DNA of 64,000 nucleotides from positions 15,624,001-15,688,000 of the forward strand of contig CM119373.1 of assembly GCA_051294905.1 (NCBI GenBank), in the 5' to 3' direction. Source of the stretch: Botryllus schlosseri (Eukaryota). The position numbers and the translations under genes are program-made. Each line of letters begins with the position of its first letter. Within the stretch, counting starts at the first letter, position 1. This document shows, one piece after another, positions 1-12,341 of the stretch. The notes beneath the pieces are model-generated. The model did not search any database and had not been told where the DNA came from. It saw nothing but the letters and a program-made list of their open reading frames with translations.

Positions 1-377
1 TATCGACTCATTAAAGAAAATGCATATAACATCACCAATAATATTAAAGACTAGCTTCAGAAAGTGAGTTGGGATGAGATCGGGTCCTACTGCTTTGTTA
101 CTTTTCATTTCAGATAATACGATCGCAACTTCTCCTTTACTTGTCGGCTCAAGAAAAATGGATTTCTGAGGGCGTTTCAGACAATACGATCGCAACTTCT
201 CCTTTACTTGTCGGCTCAAGAAAAATGGATTTCTGAGGGCCAGGACTCAAGTACGAGAGAAAGTCATCGGAGGAGTCTGGTATTGAAGCTGCAAGATCAG
301 GACCAATGTTGCAAAAATACTGATTGAACTTTTCTGCTACTGCAAGCTGGTCTTTGATGATGCTGCCATTCTCGAGT
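1..377 (-). mobile_element. L2/CR1-type LINE fragment (ORF2, endonuclease-RT linker), runs off the window start
   Basis: Reverse complement is nearly identical to 4076-4385 (ENGSIIKDQLAVAEKFNQYFCNIGPDLA...). Contains a 67-bp tandem duplication (108-174 / 175-241). Confidence 0.9.
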
Positions 378-502
378 GAGTGAATTTGTCGGGCCTTCAA
401 GGCTTATGGCTATGACTTGTCAAGATGTCGCAAACGGGTTTGTGACTTGGTAATTTAGCACAGCACAAGAAATCCGTAAGTGTGCAGAAGAAGAGCTTAT
501 GG

Positions 503-2346
503 CAGTGATTCTTAACCTTGCCTCCAGCGCCCCCCAGGGGGCGCTGGCGATTTTGAAGGGGGCGGAAACGCTCAGGGGGCGATATGGGGGGCGCTGGGCT
601 CAGGGGGGCGGTATGGGGGGCGCTGGAGAAAAATGGCTTCGCAGTAGATGATGTGGTGGTAGGACATCTCCCTAATGAGTATTCAGAGAAAATTAATACC
701 GAAAACTTCGACATATAGGTTTAATTGACAATTGGCGCCTAAATGACTGGCACCGAATGTTCCTGCCTTGGCAATCTGAAACCCAGAAGACGAATTCCAT
801 CTGGCAGGGAAAAATTACATGACAGTGAAGAAATCCCAATTTGAAATCGTGTGCGTCTTTTAGTTAAGTACGATTGGGCGACAGGGATATCTAAAGCTAG
901 ATATTCCTGTTGGACGATATCCCTGTTGGACGATTCTATATTTTTTGATATAGCAGACAGGAGGTCACGAAATAACATCATGCAACGAAGTCATACCAAC
1001 GGGTTCGCCCGCCCGAATATGTTTAATTATTAGTTACGGGCCGTACAGTTTCCAAGACACCTGACAATGTTCGCTCTACGTTGTGACGAGTCTGCGCACA
1101 CTCAACAACTCACTGCGCAGACCCTTGGACAACAGTGCGTAACGACTAAAAAAAGGTCATAACTTCGGATTTGTTGTGCGCAACGTTGATTTTCTGTGCG
1201 CAGATACCGTGTCAGCACTGCGCACGTGCGCAGCTTAGAGGGAACATTGCACCTCACTCAGCTTTAACGGTAAATCTGGTAACGTGAGCATAGAGGACAA
1301 GAAATTGATTGCAATATATATGCAATTCCCGATCTTACTGGCCGATTTTATCATGAATTATCGAAAGGTTTCGCGCTTCGCACTGGTTTGCCAAACAGTA
1401 CAGCTGATTTCGTGGCTAGAGCGAACAACATGATGGGGGGCGGTCGGTTTATCACCCTATGGGAGCCCAAGACCCAAGTTTTTTTCCGGGGAGGGGGGGG
1501 GGCTGACGAAGTTCCGTTTCGTTCCTGCCAACGGGTATACGCACGAAGATGTATAATTATTATTGAGGGGTCCTACCTTTTCAATCACACATCACTCAGC
1601 TCTACCAGTAAATCTGTTTACGTGAGCAGAGAGAGTATAAAAATTGATATCAGTATACATGCAATTCCCGATCATATTGACCAATTCAATCATTAATTAT
1701 TGGACCTGAATAGCTGACTCAGTGAACGGACACCCAATGTAGATGACTAGTATCAGCAAATAGTGGATAGCCGAAGGAGGGTCTGGCCGCGAAGCCCCCC
1801 GGAAGTCTGGCTTATCACCCGATGGGGGGCCCAAGACCAACGTTTTTTTTTGGGGGGGGGGGGTGACGAAGTGCTGTTACGGCCCTGGTAACGAATTAAT
1901 TGTACCTACGAGCACGCCCGAATATGTTTAATTAATAAGTACGTGCCCTTTATTTACCCATACAACAGCTCACTCAGCGCTACTGGTAAATCTGATTAGG
2001 TGGGCTGAGAGGATAGAAAGTTTATAGCGACTTATATATGTAATTACCACCTACTCATTCATGCATTATAGAAAATCTTGGTACCTTCGGGCGACCAGGC
2101 CACACAAACTTTGCCTACCATCGAAATCACGCTACGGCGTTCTTGGGGGCGAAGCCCTCAGAAGTTTGGTTTATCACGCTTTGGGTGCGCAAGGCAATCG
2201 TTTTTCGGGGGTAGACGAAGTGCTGTTACGGCCCTCCTTCTTGGTCATTGTCTTTATTACATTCATTACAATATGAGGTTGGGGGGCGCTGGAGCACGAA
2301 AATTTTTGAAAGGGGGCGCTGGAGGAAAAAAGGTTAAGAACCACTG
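503..2346. mobile_element. Non-autonomous hAT element with internal ~340-bp diverged tandem units
   Basis: Termini CAGTGATTCTTAACC ... GGTTAAGAACCACTG. Perfect 8-bp TSD GCTTATGG (495-502, 2347-2354). Three internal units anchored on CACTCAGC..TAAATCTG near 1255, 1593 and 1971. Confidence 0.9.
1067..1249. mobile_element. Small MITE (CAATGTTC..CTCTA family) nested in the hAT element
   Basis: Inverted termini CAATGTTCGCTCTACG / CTTAGAGGGAACATTG. Related left ends occur near 3998 and 10851. No exact TSD. Confidence 0.6.
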
Positions 2347-2611
2347 GCTTATGGCAATGAAACGCAACATTGGACGTTTTCGATCACGTTTGACGAATTA
2401 ACTTCTACACGAAACAGGCGGTACACGAATTTAAACGCTCATTATCCGGGTGGCCTTCCGTCGCTGATGGGTTTCAGTCGTCTTGCCGGGAGCATGTTTC
2501 TGCGTCAATACTACAAGGAATAAATGTTGTGTGTGTAGCTTGTATGTGTATTTTACTATACTTTGCTAATCCCGGGATTGAGAAGCGCAAATCCCGGGAA
2601 ATTCCGATCCC

Positions 2612-3443
2612 GAAGTCCCAACCCTACTCCCAATGGAGGACTCGACAACATTAACGTGCGCGAGGACCTTCGTCGCCAACTGGGTGGCACGCTTCGGTAT
2701 TCCAGCACACATTTCTTCGGATCGGGGACCGCAATTTACTTCGCATTTGTGGGCCCAAGTCAATCAGCTATTAGGCGTTCTCCTACATAGAACGACCAGT
2801 TTCCACCCACAAGCCAATGGCCTTGTGGAACGCTTCCATAGGCATTTGAAAAGTTCCCTCATGGCGAGACTCACTGGTCCAAACTGGCTGGATGAGCTAC
2901 CATGGGTTCTTTTAGGCATCCGCACAACACCTAAAAGAGGATTTGGACGCCTCTTCGGCCGAGCTTGTGTACGGTGCTCCATTGACGGTTCCGGGCGATT
3001 TTGTTACTTTTTCAGGAGAGAGCGCACATCGGGATTTGCCAACGTTACAGGAGAAGATTCGCAATCTCCTTCCAGCACGTCCTATGTCGCGACACGGCAT
3101 GGTCAAAACCGCATTTCCGGCAAGCTTGGAAGAATGCACATACGTCTTCGTTCGAAAGGATGCACACCGACCAACATTGACCAAACCTTACGACGGACCG
3201 TACAAGGTTCTGAAGAAATCATCGAAATCATTTACGCTATCCATGGGCGGCAGAGCAGAAGTGGTGTCCGTCGATCGTCTGAAGCCGGCGTATATGGACT
3301 TGAACGAACCAGTAAAAGTAGCACAACCTGCGAGACGGGGCAGACCACCGCGGCAAGCAAGTGGGATCGAACAACCGCGCGATCTTCAACATGCAAGAAG
3401 ATCAAAACGCAACAGGCATCCTCCATCTCGCTACGGTTCCTGA
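2612..3443 (+). pseudogene. Ty3/gypsy (CsRn1-like) integrase, 5'-truncated, one +1 frameshift near 2933
   Basis: SDRGPQFTS...FHPQANGLVERFHRHLK core; after the frameshift LDASSAELVYG and a GPY/F motif (KPYDGPYKVL). Truncated upstream by a hAT-like right end (..CCCAACCCTA near 2606). Confidence 0.9.
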
Positions 3444-3469
3444 GGATTCCCGTCGCTGGAGGGGGATGG

Positions 3470-3628
3470 TGTAGCTCTACAAGGCGCGCTCGTAGATCGT
3501 GTCAATTATTTGATTAGCAATTTGTGAATGCTACCGCGTCCCTTTTCTAATGCATGCATGTTGATGCGTTTTACGGTCCGTTACTCTTTTCGCTCGCAAT
3601 AAACGGAGCTCTCGCTTCAGCACCAACA
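3470..3628 (+). repeat. 3' LTR of the gypsy relic (~159 bp)
   Basis: Follows the polypurine tract GGAGGGGGATGG, begins TGT, contains AATAAA and ends ACA. No partner LTR is in the window, so the end is approximate. Confidence 0.65.
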
Positions 3629-4075
3629 AATGTGAAACATCGATCTTAGGAAAACCGATATTCACAGGCCTATAGCTTCATTGGAATGCATTTAATCCTA
3701 GACGCAGAAAAATATACGACATAGGCACTCTCGTGCATATATCGTTAATGATATGCTCGGGTAAAAAGCTGAACTAGAGCTTTCGACATCATCCGCAAAA
3801 TCTTACTTGATAACGTTTACCCTTAATACGTCATCAATCGCGGCACAGAGGTAAAAATACCGCAATTCAACGCAAACAAGTCAGCAGAGTGTACCGAACG
3901 AAGAACCTATGATGTTTGTATCAGTCTACCATGGATTGGTCCCATTTCCACCCGCATTGAAAAACAACTGATTTCCGCGGTCAGAAAGTATTACGACCAA
4001 TGTTCCCTCGAATATCCACGAATCTGCGCGGTTCCACCAACTCATTGCGCGGTCATTTGGACAAGAGTGTGCACT

Positions 4076-6072
4076 ACTCGAGAATGGCAGCATCATCAAA
4101 GACCAGCTTGCAGTAGCAGAAAAGTTTAATCAGTATTTTTGCAACATTGGTCCGGATCTTGCAGCTTCAATACCATACTCCTCCGATGACTTTCTCTCGT
4201 ACTTGAGTCCTGGCCCTCAGAAATCCATTTTTCTTGAGCCGACTAGTAAAGGAGAAGTTGCGATCGTATCATCTGAAATGAAAAGTAACAAAGCAGTAGG
4301 ACCCGATCTCATCCCAACTCACTTTCTGAAGCTAGTCTTTAATATTATTGGTGATGTTATATGCATTTTCTTTAATGAGTCGATACGTCTAGGCATTTTC
4401 CCAGATGCGCTGAAAACTGCCAGAGTAATGCCAGTGTTTAAGAAAGGCTGTAAAAAGCTAATTTCTAACTACCGACCAATATCTGTTTTGCCAAATCTTG
4501 CCACGGTTTTTGAGAAACTGATTGACTGCCGACTAAAGAACTTTTTTGAATTGAATGCAGTACTGTCTCCGACTCAGCATGGATTCAGATCCAACCACAA
4601 CACCAACCATGCAATACTATCAATTGTAACGGACTTTTACAAAACCATCAAGCAAAAAGAAAGTGGCTGCAGCATTTTTATCGATCTCCGCAAAGCTTTC
4701 GACACAGTTAACCACAGAATCTTAAGATACAAGCTAGAACACTATGGAATCAGGGGTATTGCAGCAACTCTACTTGAAGGCTACCTGGCAAACCGCAAAC
4801 AATTTGTTAAACTGGGGTCATTAAGAACGACTACCAGAGATATAACTTGTGGAGTGCCACAAGGCTCAGTCCTTGGGCCGACTTTTTCCTCATTTATATT
4901 AACGACATTGTTAATGCATCTTTATTCCGCACAACGCTATTTGCTGATGATACTCACCTCTTCATAACCTCCAACACTGTCGATGGTTTGCATGCATCTG
5001 TGAATATGGAACTCCCAAAAGTGTCGAGATGGCTCCAAGCAAACAAACTAAGTTTGAATGCAGATAAGACCGAGATGCTCGTTTTAAATAATGTCAGTCA
5101 TAATTTCACTGTGAACGTCAATCATAAACAAATCTCAATATGTGACTCAGCAAAATATCTCGGCGTCACCATTGATTCCAAATTGTCTTGGAAGCAGCAT
5201 ATTGAATGCACAATATCAAAACTAGCTCGGTGTGTGGGAATAATGACCCGTCTCCAATCTTTGGTTTCCAGATCAGTGCTACGAACCATCTACTTCTCTC
5301 TTTTCCACTCTCATCTGCAATATGGAATCGTAGTATGGGGAAATGCATGCACAACATTTTTGTGCAGAATTCGAACCCTGCAAAACCGTGCGATACGGCT
5401 GATCTCATCTGTACCTTTACGTACCAATTTATCGCCTTACTACCGTAAGCATCGAATTTTGCGAGTTGATGAACTATATCGCTTCGAAGTATCAAAAGTT
5501 GTTCACAAATATTTTTCCAATAGTCTGCCTACTGTGTTTGATGACTTTTTCATACCTGCTAAACATGTCCATTCCCATCACACGAGATCCTCGTCTTAAG
5601 GAAACATCTACTTACCCCCACCCAATAGCAACCTAACCCCCACCCAATAGCAACCTAACTAAGAGAGATCTATCGACTACTCGGGACCTATCATCTGGAA
5701 TGCATTACCACCACATATCCGTGAATTGCCTTATAATAGATTCAAAAAAGCCCTACTTGATCACCTCTTGTCGTTACACTAACACTGTTGCCCTACCTCG
5801 CCCAGACATTCCTTTATTGATCATTTGCCACCATTGTTTGATTTTTTTTCTATTTTCCTTTAACTAAACATTTCTTTACAGCCAGACTGTTCAGAGTCAA
5901 GTGTACTTGTTTGATGCTCGTGTGATCAGACTAGATGACCTTCACGGTCTTATCGAGCATTCCTATCTAATACCGAATACTGTGCAGGTGCACGCATATT
6001 TTCTGTACCACCATCACTGCCGTTTGTTATGTATTTTGGTTCGATGAAAATAAAGACTCTCTCTCTCTCTCC
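4076..6072 (+). mobile_element. 5'-truncated L2/CR1-clade LINE: RT domain, 3' UTR and (CT)n tail
   Basis: NYRPISVL, QHGFR, FIDLRKAFDTVNH, GVPQGSVLGP and FADD motifs. Frameshift near 4880, stop at 5597, 22-bp tandem duplication at 5615-5658. 3' end has GACTAGATGACC..GGTC hairpin, AATAAA and CT repeats. Confidence 0.92.
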
Positions 6073-6459
6073 TTCTGTGTGTACTGTGCAGTCACGCCTG
6101 TACTCCTTATTTACCCGAAAATTATCCGGTAATGTGTAGTGTGGATTTAAAAAATGTTCACTTCAGCTCGACTCAAGAATTACCCACTTTTTCACGATAA
6201 TATCTGGAATTGAGTAGAAAAAACGGTCATCACTTTGACTCGACTCCCGATTTTCTCAAATTTTGCGAAACTCTGACGTTCGCTGCGATGGACTCGAGTA
6301 TTGTTTATCGCATTTTAATAGATTTTCCAGAAAAAAAGGTGGTGTTGCTTCGTCAGATTTCCGAACCACAGGTGAATACTTTTTGTGCGTGGCTCGTGTC
6401 TTTCTGTGCGCGCAGACTTTGTCGGCAGCGCGAGCAGGTGCACGCGCGCAGCTTTAAGT

Positions 6460-8362
6460 CGGATAGATACGCAACACCCGTCGTCACGCTTGCTTGCCCG
6501 GAGGAAATTACTGCTCAGAAATCTGAACGCAACATAATTGCTAACCCCATAGCTGAGGACCCGCGCGCTTAAATTCAATAAAGTTGATCTTATTTGAAAG
6601 CTACTGTCGCACTGATTCCGAAAATATACATTAAAATCCAATCAGAGCAACGGAACTCCCTTTAAATACACCTCAAAGTCTTAAAATCGGCATTGTTCTA
6701 AACCAGTGGTTCTCAACCTTTTTCACCTCGCGGACCGGTAAAATTTCAAAAAATGTCTGGCGGACCGGTGAACTTTAATAATTGAAATGAAGCCAAAATG
6801 TAGTGTATGCAACCGTTTTTTACAATTATATAGTGCTAGATAGTGAAATTTAGAGGGTTTTGATCGCATTCAATTATTATTCATGATGGCATCCATGTGA
6901 TTTTATGGTAGTGAGTCTGCCGAGTCGAGGTAAAATTGCCTTGTCCAGATACACGTGCTACCGCCGAGAGACCTTTTCAGTCTTTCGCGCCGAACCCCGT
7001 GGGCTTAACCGACCACGCCAATACTAATAATATTCTTCTCTATGACAATATCGAGAAAAGAGTCGTATCGGAGTAGAACCAAGCACCTTTTCGTGCTACA
7101 TTGCTCATGCTCATTGCCCACTGCCACCAGGAGCAGGCTACTCTGGCAACTACCTATACGAATACAATGCGTGCCGCAAGAAAACACATTACAGCAGCTA
7201 TACCGGCCATCCGCAAATCCGGGCCGAAAAAGCACTTCGTCAGACCAACCCAAAAACGCTGGTCTTGGGGCGCCCACGGGGTGATAAGACAAACTTCCGG
7301 GGCTTCACTCCCAGACCCTACAGTTGGTTGGATGTTTTCACCTGTACTTGTGAGCACATCCATTCTACTCAGCGTAAGCAGCGAGTTTACGTAGCTTAAT
7401 TGCGCCAATAGCGAAAATTTTCGATCATTCACGAGTGAAGCGGTTTTCTCGCGGTCGAATTTTTGGCCAACCTTTCGGATTCCCATGTTAACCTAAGCTT
7501 CATTATGCCTTGGTACGCCGTGGCGTGGTAATGGCTGACGCCGTATTTCTCAGAGTAGGGCACCTAATAGTCTAAGCAAGACATTTAGGGATACTAAATC
7601 GTGCAAAGCGCGAAAAGAAATTGAAAAATGTTGGAAAAAGTTTCAAATATGCTATGATTTATGTTCATTTGCGAAATAATTTTGAGCCCTATTCAAGCTG
7701 GCCCCTCTCCAATTGGGCGGTTTGGGGTGCCCCCGTTACGGTCCTGCACAAAATGAATGAATCAAAAACCAATGATCAAACTGTGCTGTTTAGCGATGAG
7801 TCGGCTCGTATCTGTTCTGTGCACTTGTCACTTGCTTGTCGTCAAATGACACGTCTTAGACTTTAAGTCAAATCGAACATGTTTCTAGCCCTAATGTTAC
7901 CTCACGAAGTAATGAATCAGTTTAAAATTTGATGTTTCATTTATTTTATCAATGAACAAGCCTTCAACATTGCATCTTGAAATTGAAGTATAAAATTCTA
8001 ATATGCCTGGCGGACCGGCAGGAATGTCGTCGCGGACCGGCGCTTGAGAACCACTGTTCTAAACGATCGCAGCGACGTAGCACAATGACCATAACAATGG
8101 GCCTTGCGTGGTTGCGATTGTTCAGAACAATGCCGATTTTCAGACTTTGAGGTGTATTTCGAGGGGTTCCATTGTCCTGATTAGATTTTAATGTAAATTT
8201 TCGGAATCAGTGCGACAGTAGCTTTCATATAAGATCAACTGTATTTAATTTGAGCACGCGGGTCTTCAGCTATGGTATTAGCTATTGTGTTGCGTTCAAA
8301 TTGCTGAGCAGTAATTTCTTCCGAGCAAGCAAGAGTGACGACGGGTGTTGCGTATCTATCCG
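6460..8362. mobile_element. Foldback element with ~240-bp inverted arms (6460-6699, 8124-8362), split by a hAT insertion
   Basis: CGGATAGATACGCAACACCCGTCGTCAC... is mirrored as ...GTGACGACGGGTGTTGCGTATCTATCCG. Similarity continues along both arms. Confidence 0.8.
6704..8056. mobile_element. Non-autonomous hAT element (1,353 bp)
   Basis: CAGTGGTTCTCAA termini with subterminal GCGGACCGG; perfect 8-bp TSD TTCTAAAC. Confidence 0.92.
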
Positions 8363-8496
8363 TAGGTTAGTTATCCATAGTTAAAGGGAGCATTGGTTAC
8401 GACACAGTGAAGACCAACGTGATTTTTACGACAACCCAACTGCCCCCTGCAACTTTTTAGGACGTTCCTCCTGAAATTCAAAGAAATAATGTAGTG

Positions 8497-9390
8497 CAGG
8501 GGTGTCAAACATACGGCCCGCGGGTCGCATCCGGCCCGCCAGACGATTTCATCCGGCCCGCGAAGCAATTCTGAGTATATTGAATTTTCTTTTATATATT
8601 TTCAAGCACATTTGTAACAAATGTTGAGATATCTTGCAGGAAATACTTCCATATTTATAATGCCCATTACCCGACGACAGCGCTGTGGTTTCACTCTAGT
8701 TACCACTATAGTAACAAGTCCGTGAAATCAACATCCAATTTCAAGAAGGCAAAAAGTGCACACTCAGTTCGTAGTTTTATATAAATATGGACCAAAAAGG
8801 TAATTCTTCACAGAAGCGAGAACGCCAATGCGGAACCGTTATAGACAGGGAAAATATATTAGTTGCACATATATATAATTGAAAGATTTATGGTCGCACT
8901 GCTGTGTCAATTTTGATCCAATATATCCCCAGACATCAGAGAAACCGGACTCGCGGTTTAATAATAATAAACCAAACTCTAACGTCCGCGTTTCCAATTA
9001 AATGTCTTGTATTTCTCGCAACCCATATGGAGGGCTACCGCAACCCATATGGAGGGCTAACGCCAGACTACGACTAAATCAAAGGGAGCATAGAATATGG
9101 CTACTTACATCTTCGTTAACGCCACTGTTTCAGCAGTTCTTAACTGAATTCAACTGGCAATCATCGTATTTTAGCCAATTCCATTGTTCGCAAATAGAGG
9201 TTATGCGACTTGCTACTCCTACTTTAAAAATCGATCCGTTTATTATCTATATATGCTTTTAAGGTATTCACTATTCATATGAAAAGCAAGAGCACGAGGT
9301 AACATTTTGGAATCAGTTGACTGGTCCGGCCCGCGAGCGATTTGAAGGCTTGAATCCGGCCCGCGACGCAATTTGAGTTTGACACCCCTG
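8497..9390. mobile_element. hAT MITE (CAGGGGTGTCAAAC family)
   Basis: Inverted termini, subterminal CCGGCCCGC repeats, perfect 8-bp TSD ATGTAGTG. Confidence 0.92.
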
Positions 9391-9820
9391 ATGTAGTGTA
9401 TAGGTATCAGAGTTGAATCAATTGCAATTTGTAATTGATCTGAATGTAATTATTACATTTTTTTCATGTAATTGCAATTGTATTGGACCTTTTCTATTCT
9501 GTGTAATTGTAATTGTAATTTGATCAAAATTTTACTCAATTACAATCTCAATTACATTTTCATGGAAACCTGACAATCACAACATAAAATAATCATTTAA
9601 TCAATCATTTATTCGTCGCACCAGTGAAAATCCGGTACGAACCAGGATGATGACGGGGGGCCTTGAGGCCTTAGTAAACAGTCACCACATGTAATAATTA
9701 GCCTATTTACATCGGTGTTCTATGCTTGCTGCGTTATAATTAGATAATTCAGTCACGCTAAACTGTTTCCCATATATCAGTGTCAACAGAAAACTTTGTG
9801 AATTACAATATAGGCTAAAC

Positions 9821-10136
9821 CAGTGGCTCTCAAAAACTGGGGGCGTGCCCCCTTGGGCGGCGTGAAAGCATCTGAACGGGGCGCGACGGTCCAGTGAACT
9901 GAAATCTTTTCCGCGCTTGGCCCGATTCACCTCCGTTTTATGGTTATTGCTCGGTGTATAGTCTGAATTTCGTATTGGAGAATTCTCTCGTCAACAGTCA
10001 TAACCTTCCATACCATCAAACTATATGTAAGGATTGCTAACTTTCTGGTTTCATTGAGTGCTATGACGATAAGGGGGGGCACGAAATATTCACTGTCATA
10101 AAGGGGGGCGTGTCTAAAAAAGTTAGAGAACCAGTG
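9821..10136. mobile_element. hAT MITE (316 bp), nested
   Basis: CAGTGGCTCTC ... GAGAACCAGTG termini; TSD GGCTAAAC / GGGTAAAC (7/8). Confidence 0.8.
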
Positions 10137-10575
10137 GGGTAAACTAAATCTTAATATTCCAAAAATGGATGAACAGCAAATAAACTCTTCTGAAATCTAT
10201 GCTGAACCATTTCCTACACCACGGTCAAAGTTTTTTTAATCTCTGACAAGTACCGAGGCTTTTTGCAACAATAAAAAAGTTTCCAACCAAGGCTTCATCA
10301 AACTTGATCACGCATTTGTAGAGATGTTATCCCAATATTATCTCTAATCCGGCCAAATTTACTGGGGCCAGAAACTTTTTCGCACCCTAATGTTTATCAA
10401 ATGCAATCTAACAGTTTCCGAGCAACTGAAAATGTAAATGCGAACCAAAATATTGTAATTCTTAGTTATCAGGAGGTTCTTTCCTTTTGCATTTATTTTA
10501 ATTTCACGCAACTTATCGGTATCATCCTTATCGCTGACGCCTTTCCAATTACATTTCATTATCCTGACTCGGCTC

Positions 10576-10668
10576 TGAGCGAGATAGTGTAATGGTTATG
10601 CGTCCGACTTCAAGATCGGTAGGTCGTGGGGCTATCCTGCTAGGCGCTCAGCAATCACGGATAGCATG
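10576..10668 (+). mobile_element. Internally deleted copy of the tRNA-derived SINE
   Basis: Matches the 16059 SINE head and the GCTATCCTGCTAGGCGCTCAGCAATCACGGATAGCATGG segment; the B-box region is deleted. Confidence 0.8.
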
Positions 10669-10934
10669 GATTACATTACATTACATTAATTACATTTTTA
10701 GCATTGAGTAATTGTAATTGTAATGTAATTGAAACATGGAAGTAATTGTAATTGTAATTGAATTAAAATATTGTAATTGATCCAACTCTGGTAGGTAGCC
10801 TATATAAGAGCCACTGTGATTGTGGCTATACGTGGGAAGAACGTCACAATCAATGTTCCCGTAGTGCTGACACGGTCTCTGCGCACAGAAAATCTAAGCT
10901 GTCCACAAAAAATCTGAAGTGATGACTTTATTTT

Positions 10935-11520
10935 TAGTCGTTACGCACCGTAGTCTGAGTTCGTGAGTGCGCGCAGACTCGTGAAAAATGATAGTGGACA
11001 TTGGTCACAACGTTTCCAGAAACGCACAACGCAGCATTTCCCTAAATTTATTAGAACACGCTCATCACGCTCGTAAAAAAAACTCACCCTTGACTCATGC
11101 CCTGAAACTGGAATCACAGCATGCAAAGCCCATGAATTCTGCTATTGGCGAACACTTGTTGGATATTCGCGTTTGTGTGAATAATTATCGAGAAGACAGA
11201 TTTCGCGTTGTCGGGAGGGGTTGTTCACACTTTCACTTGTGTGACTTGGAGTCGACTTTTATGAAAACACGCCAGCCAAGGCTGTGTGTCACCAGAAGGA
11301 GCTCGTCTACCATCTAAAATAGTTCATTGACCACTCTCTTATTGTAAATTTCATAACGATGACGTCATATTTTGGGAGACGATTGTTGATATATAATGTT
11401 CTTTCCAATTATCTATTAGTTGTTGCTGACGGATTACCAGTGACGAGTGTCAGCCGAACATATTAATATGCTATTCAATTGTATATAGAAGTTCTGTACC
11501 TCCAAAAAGCTCTTTGAAGC
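10935..11520 (+). mobile_element. Penelope-like element 3' fragment (GIY-YIG endonuclease C-terminus plus 3' region)
   Basis: SAIGEHLL...C...Y..D.F.VV...FHL..LE..F.K...P.LC, then HQKELVYHLK after a frameshift. The downstream ~230 bp is homologous to 44180-44410 and ~27200-27350. Confidence 0.8.
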
Positions 11521-11582
11521 ACACATTTAGTTCAAAATGCAATCCATATAATTACCTTATTTCGGCACTTCTTGCGCATACT

Positions 11583-11679
11583 TCACCATGCACAGTTTGA
11601 TGGCGGCTTGAAGTATGGAATCCGGAGCCATAAATAGTTAGTGGCGGCAATCCAACATGCACTGTTATCGGCAGCTCCA
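11583..11679 (-). CDS. Predicted small secreted protein, exon 3 (IGAADNSACWIAATNYLWLRIPYFKPPSNCAW*)
   Basis: Preceded by a 71-nt T-rich intron (11680-11750) with GTCAGT donor, CTGAC branch-like site and ACAG acceptor. Phase 2 matches exon 2; TGA at 11583-11585. Confidence 0.7.
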
Positions 11680-11750
11680 CTGTTCGTAAATCAAAGTCAG
11701 GATTGTACACAAAGTGCAGCAAATTACGAAAATGAAATGAGTGTACTGAC

Positions 11751-11943
11751 ATGCAAGTCGACGAGGAAACGTCTCTGTACCACTTCGTATCCCGAATGAC
11801 CATGTCGACTACAGACTGCAGCGAGTTCAGGACGCCACTGGATGATTCGACAAGCTCATCGCATTCCCCGAAAAAATTAGCCAGTTCTTGCGCGAGATGT
11901 GGCGCTTGTCTTTTCTTTCTTCTTCCCCAACGTGGGTGGCATC
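11751..11943 (-). CDS. Predicted small secreted protein, exon 2 (GCHPRWGRRKKRQAPHLAQELANFFGECDEL...VSSSTC)
   Basis: AG acceptor at 11944-11945; the frame opens only just upstream of the acceptor; phase 1 in and phase 2 out; polybasic RRKKR site. Confidence 0.72.
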
Positions 11944-12341
11944 CTAATGGTAAGTATGTACGTTATGTGTTTGGGATTTTTCACAGGCAACGAGTTGATG
12001 ATATAGAAAAAAATATTCAACTTGACATCGGGCGTTAGTGTCTCACTCATAATCATAATGCTTGAAACACAATTGAAGAAAGAGACATGGTATTTAATCA
12101 AGATGGTGAAGCTCTTGTAAATTTATTATGATGTATTTATGCCGAGTGCCGAGTCAACTCACGGCGGTAATATCAATTCTACGTTTGGTCACGGACTCAG
12201 GGGATGGTTAATTGTCCTATAAATATGCAATTAGGAATCTGTAGTCCTCTATGCAAATACTGATACTATATTGCCCCTTGGACAAAAATAAACTACGTCC
12301 TTTCCTTTCCTGTGGCTTAATAGGCCGTAGCCCTACGAGAG

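Larger units (their letters stand above)
9408..10790. mobile_element. hAT-like element with GTAATT subterminal arrays, hosting a MITE and a SINE fragment
   Basis: CAGAGTTG ... CAACTCTG termini; AATTAC/GTAATT clusters at both ends; flanks ATAGGTAT / GTAGGTAG (6/8 match). Confidence 0.65.

Noticed and set aside
11552-11803. Unspliced reading ...HSFHFRNLLHFVYNPDF...LTIYGSGF (IPT-domain-like)
   Set aside because: The 71-nt segment has clear intron features, and the spliced frame gives a more coherent Cys-paired C-terminus. Intron retention cannot be excluded without RNA data.
11751-12038. Plus-strand gene with a 37-nt GTAAGT...CACAG intron (11950-11986)
   Set aside because: The spliced product stops after a few codons and looks like the antisense shadow of exon 2 of the secreted-protein gene. 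The intron is also shorter than any supported intron in the window.
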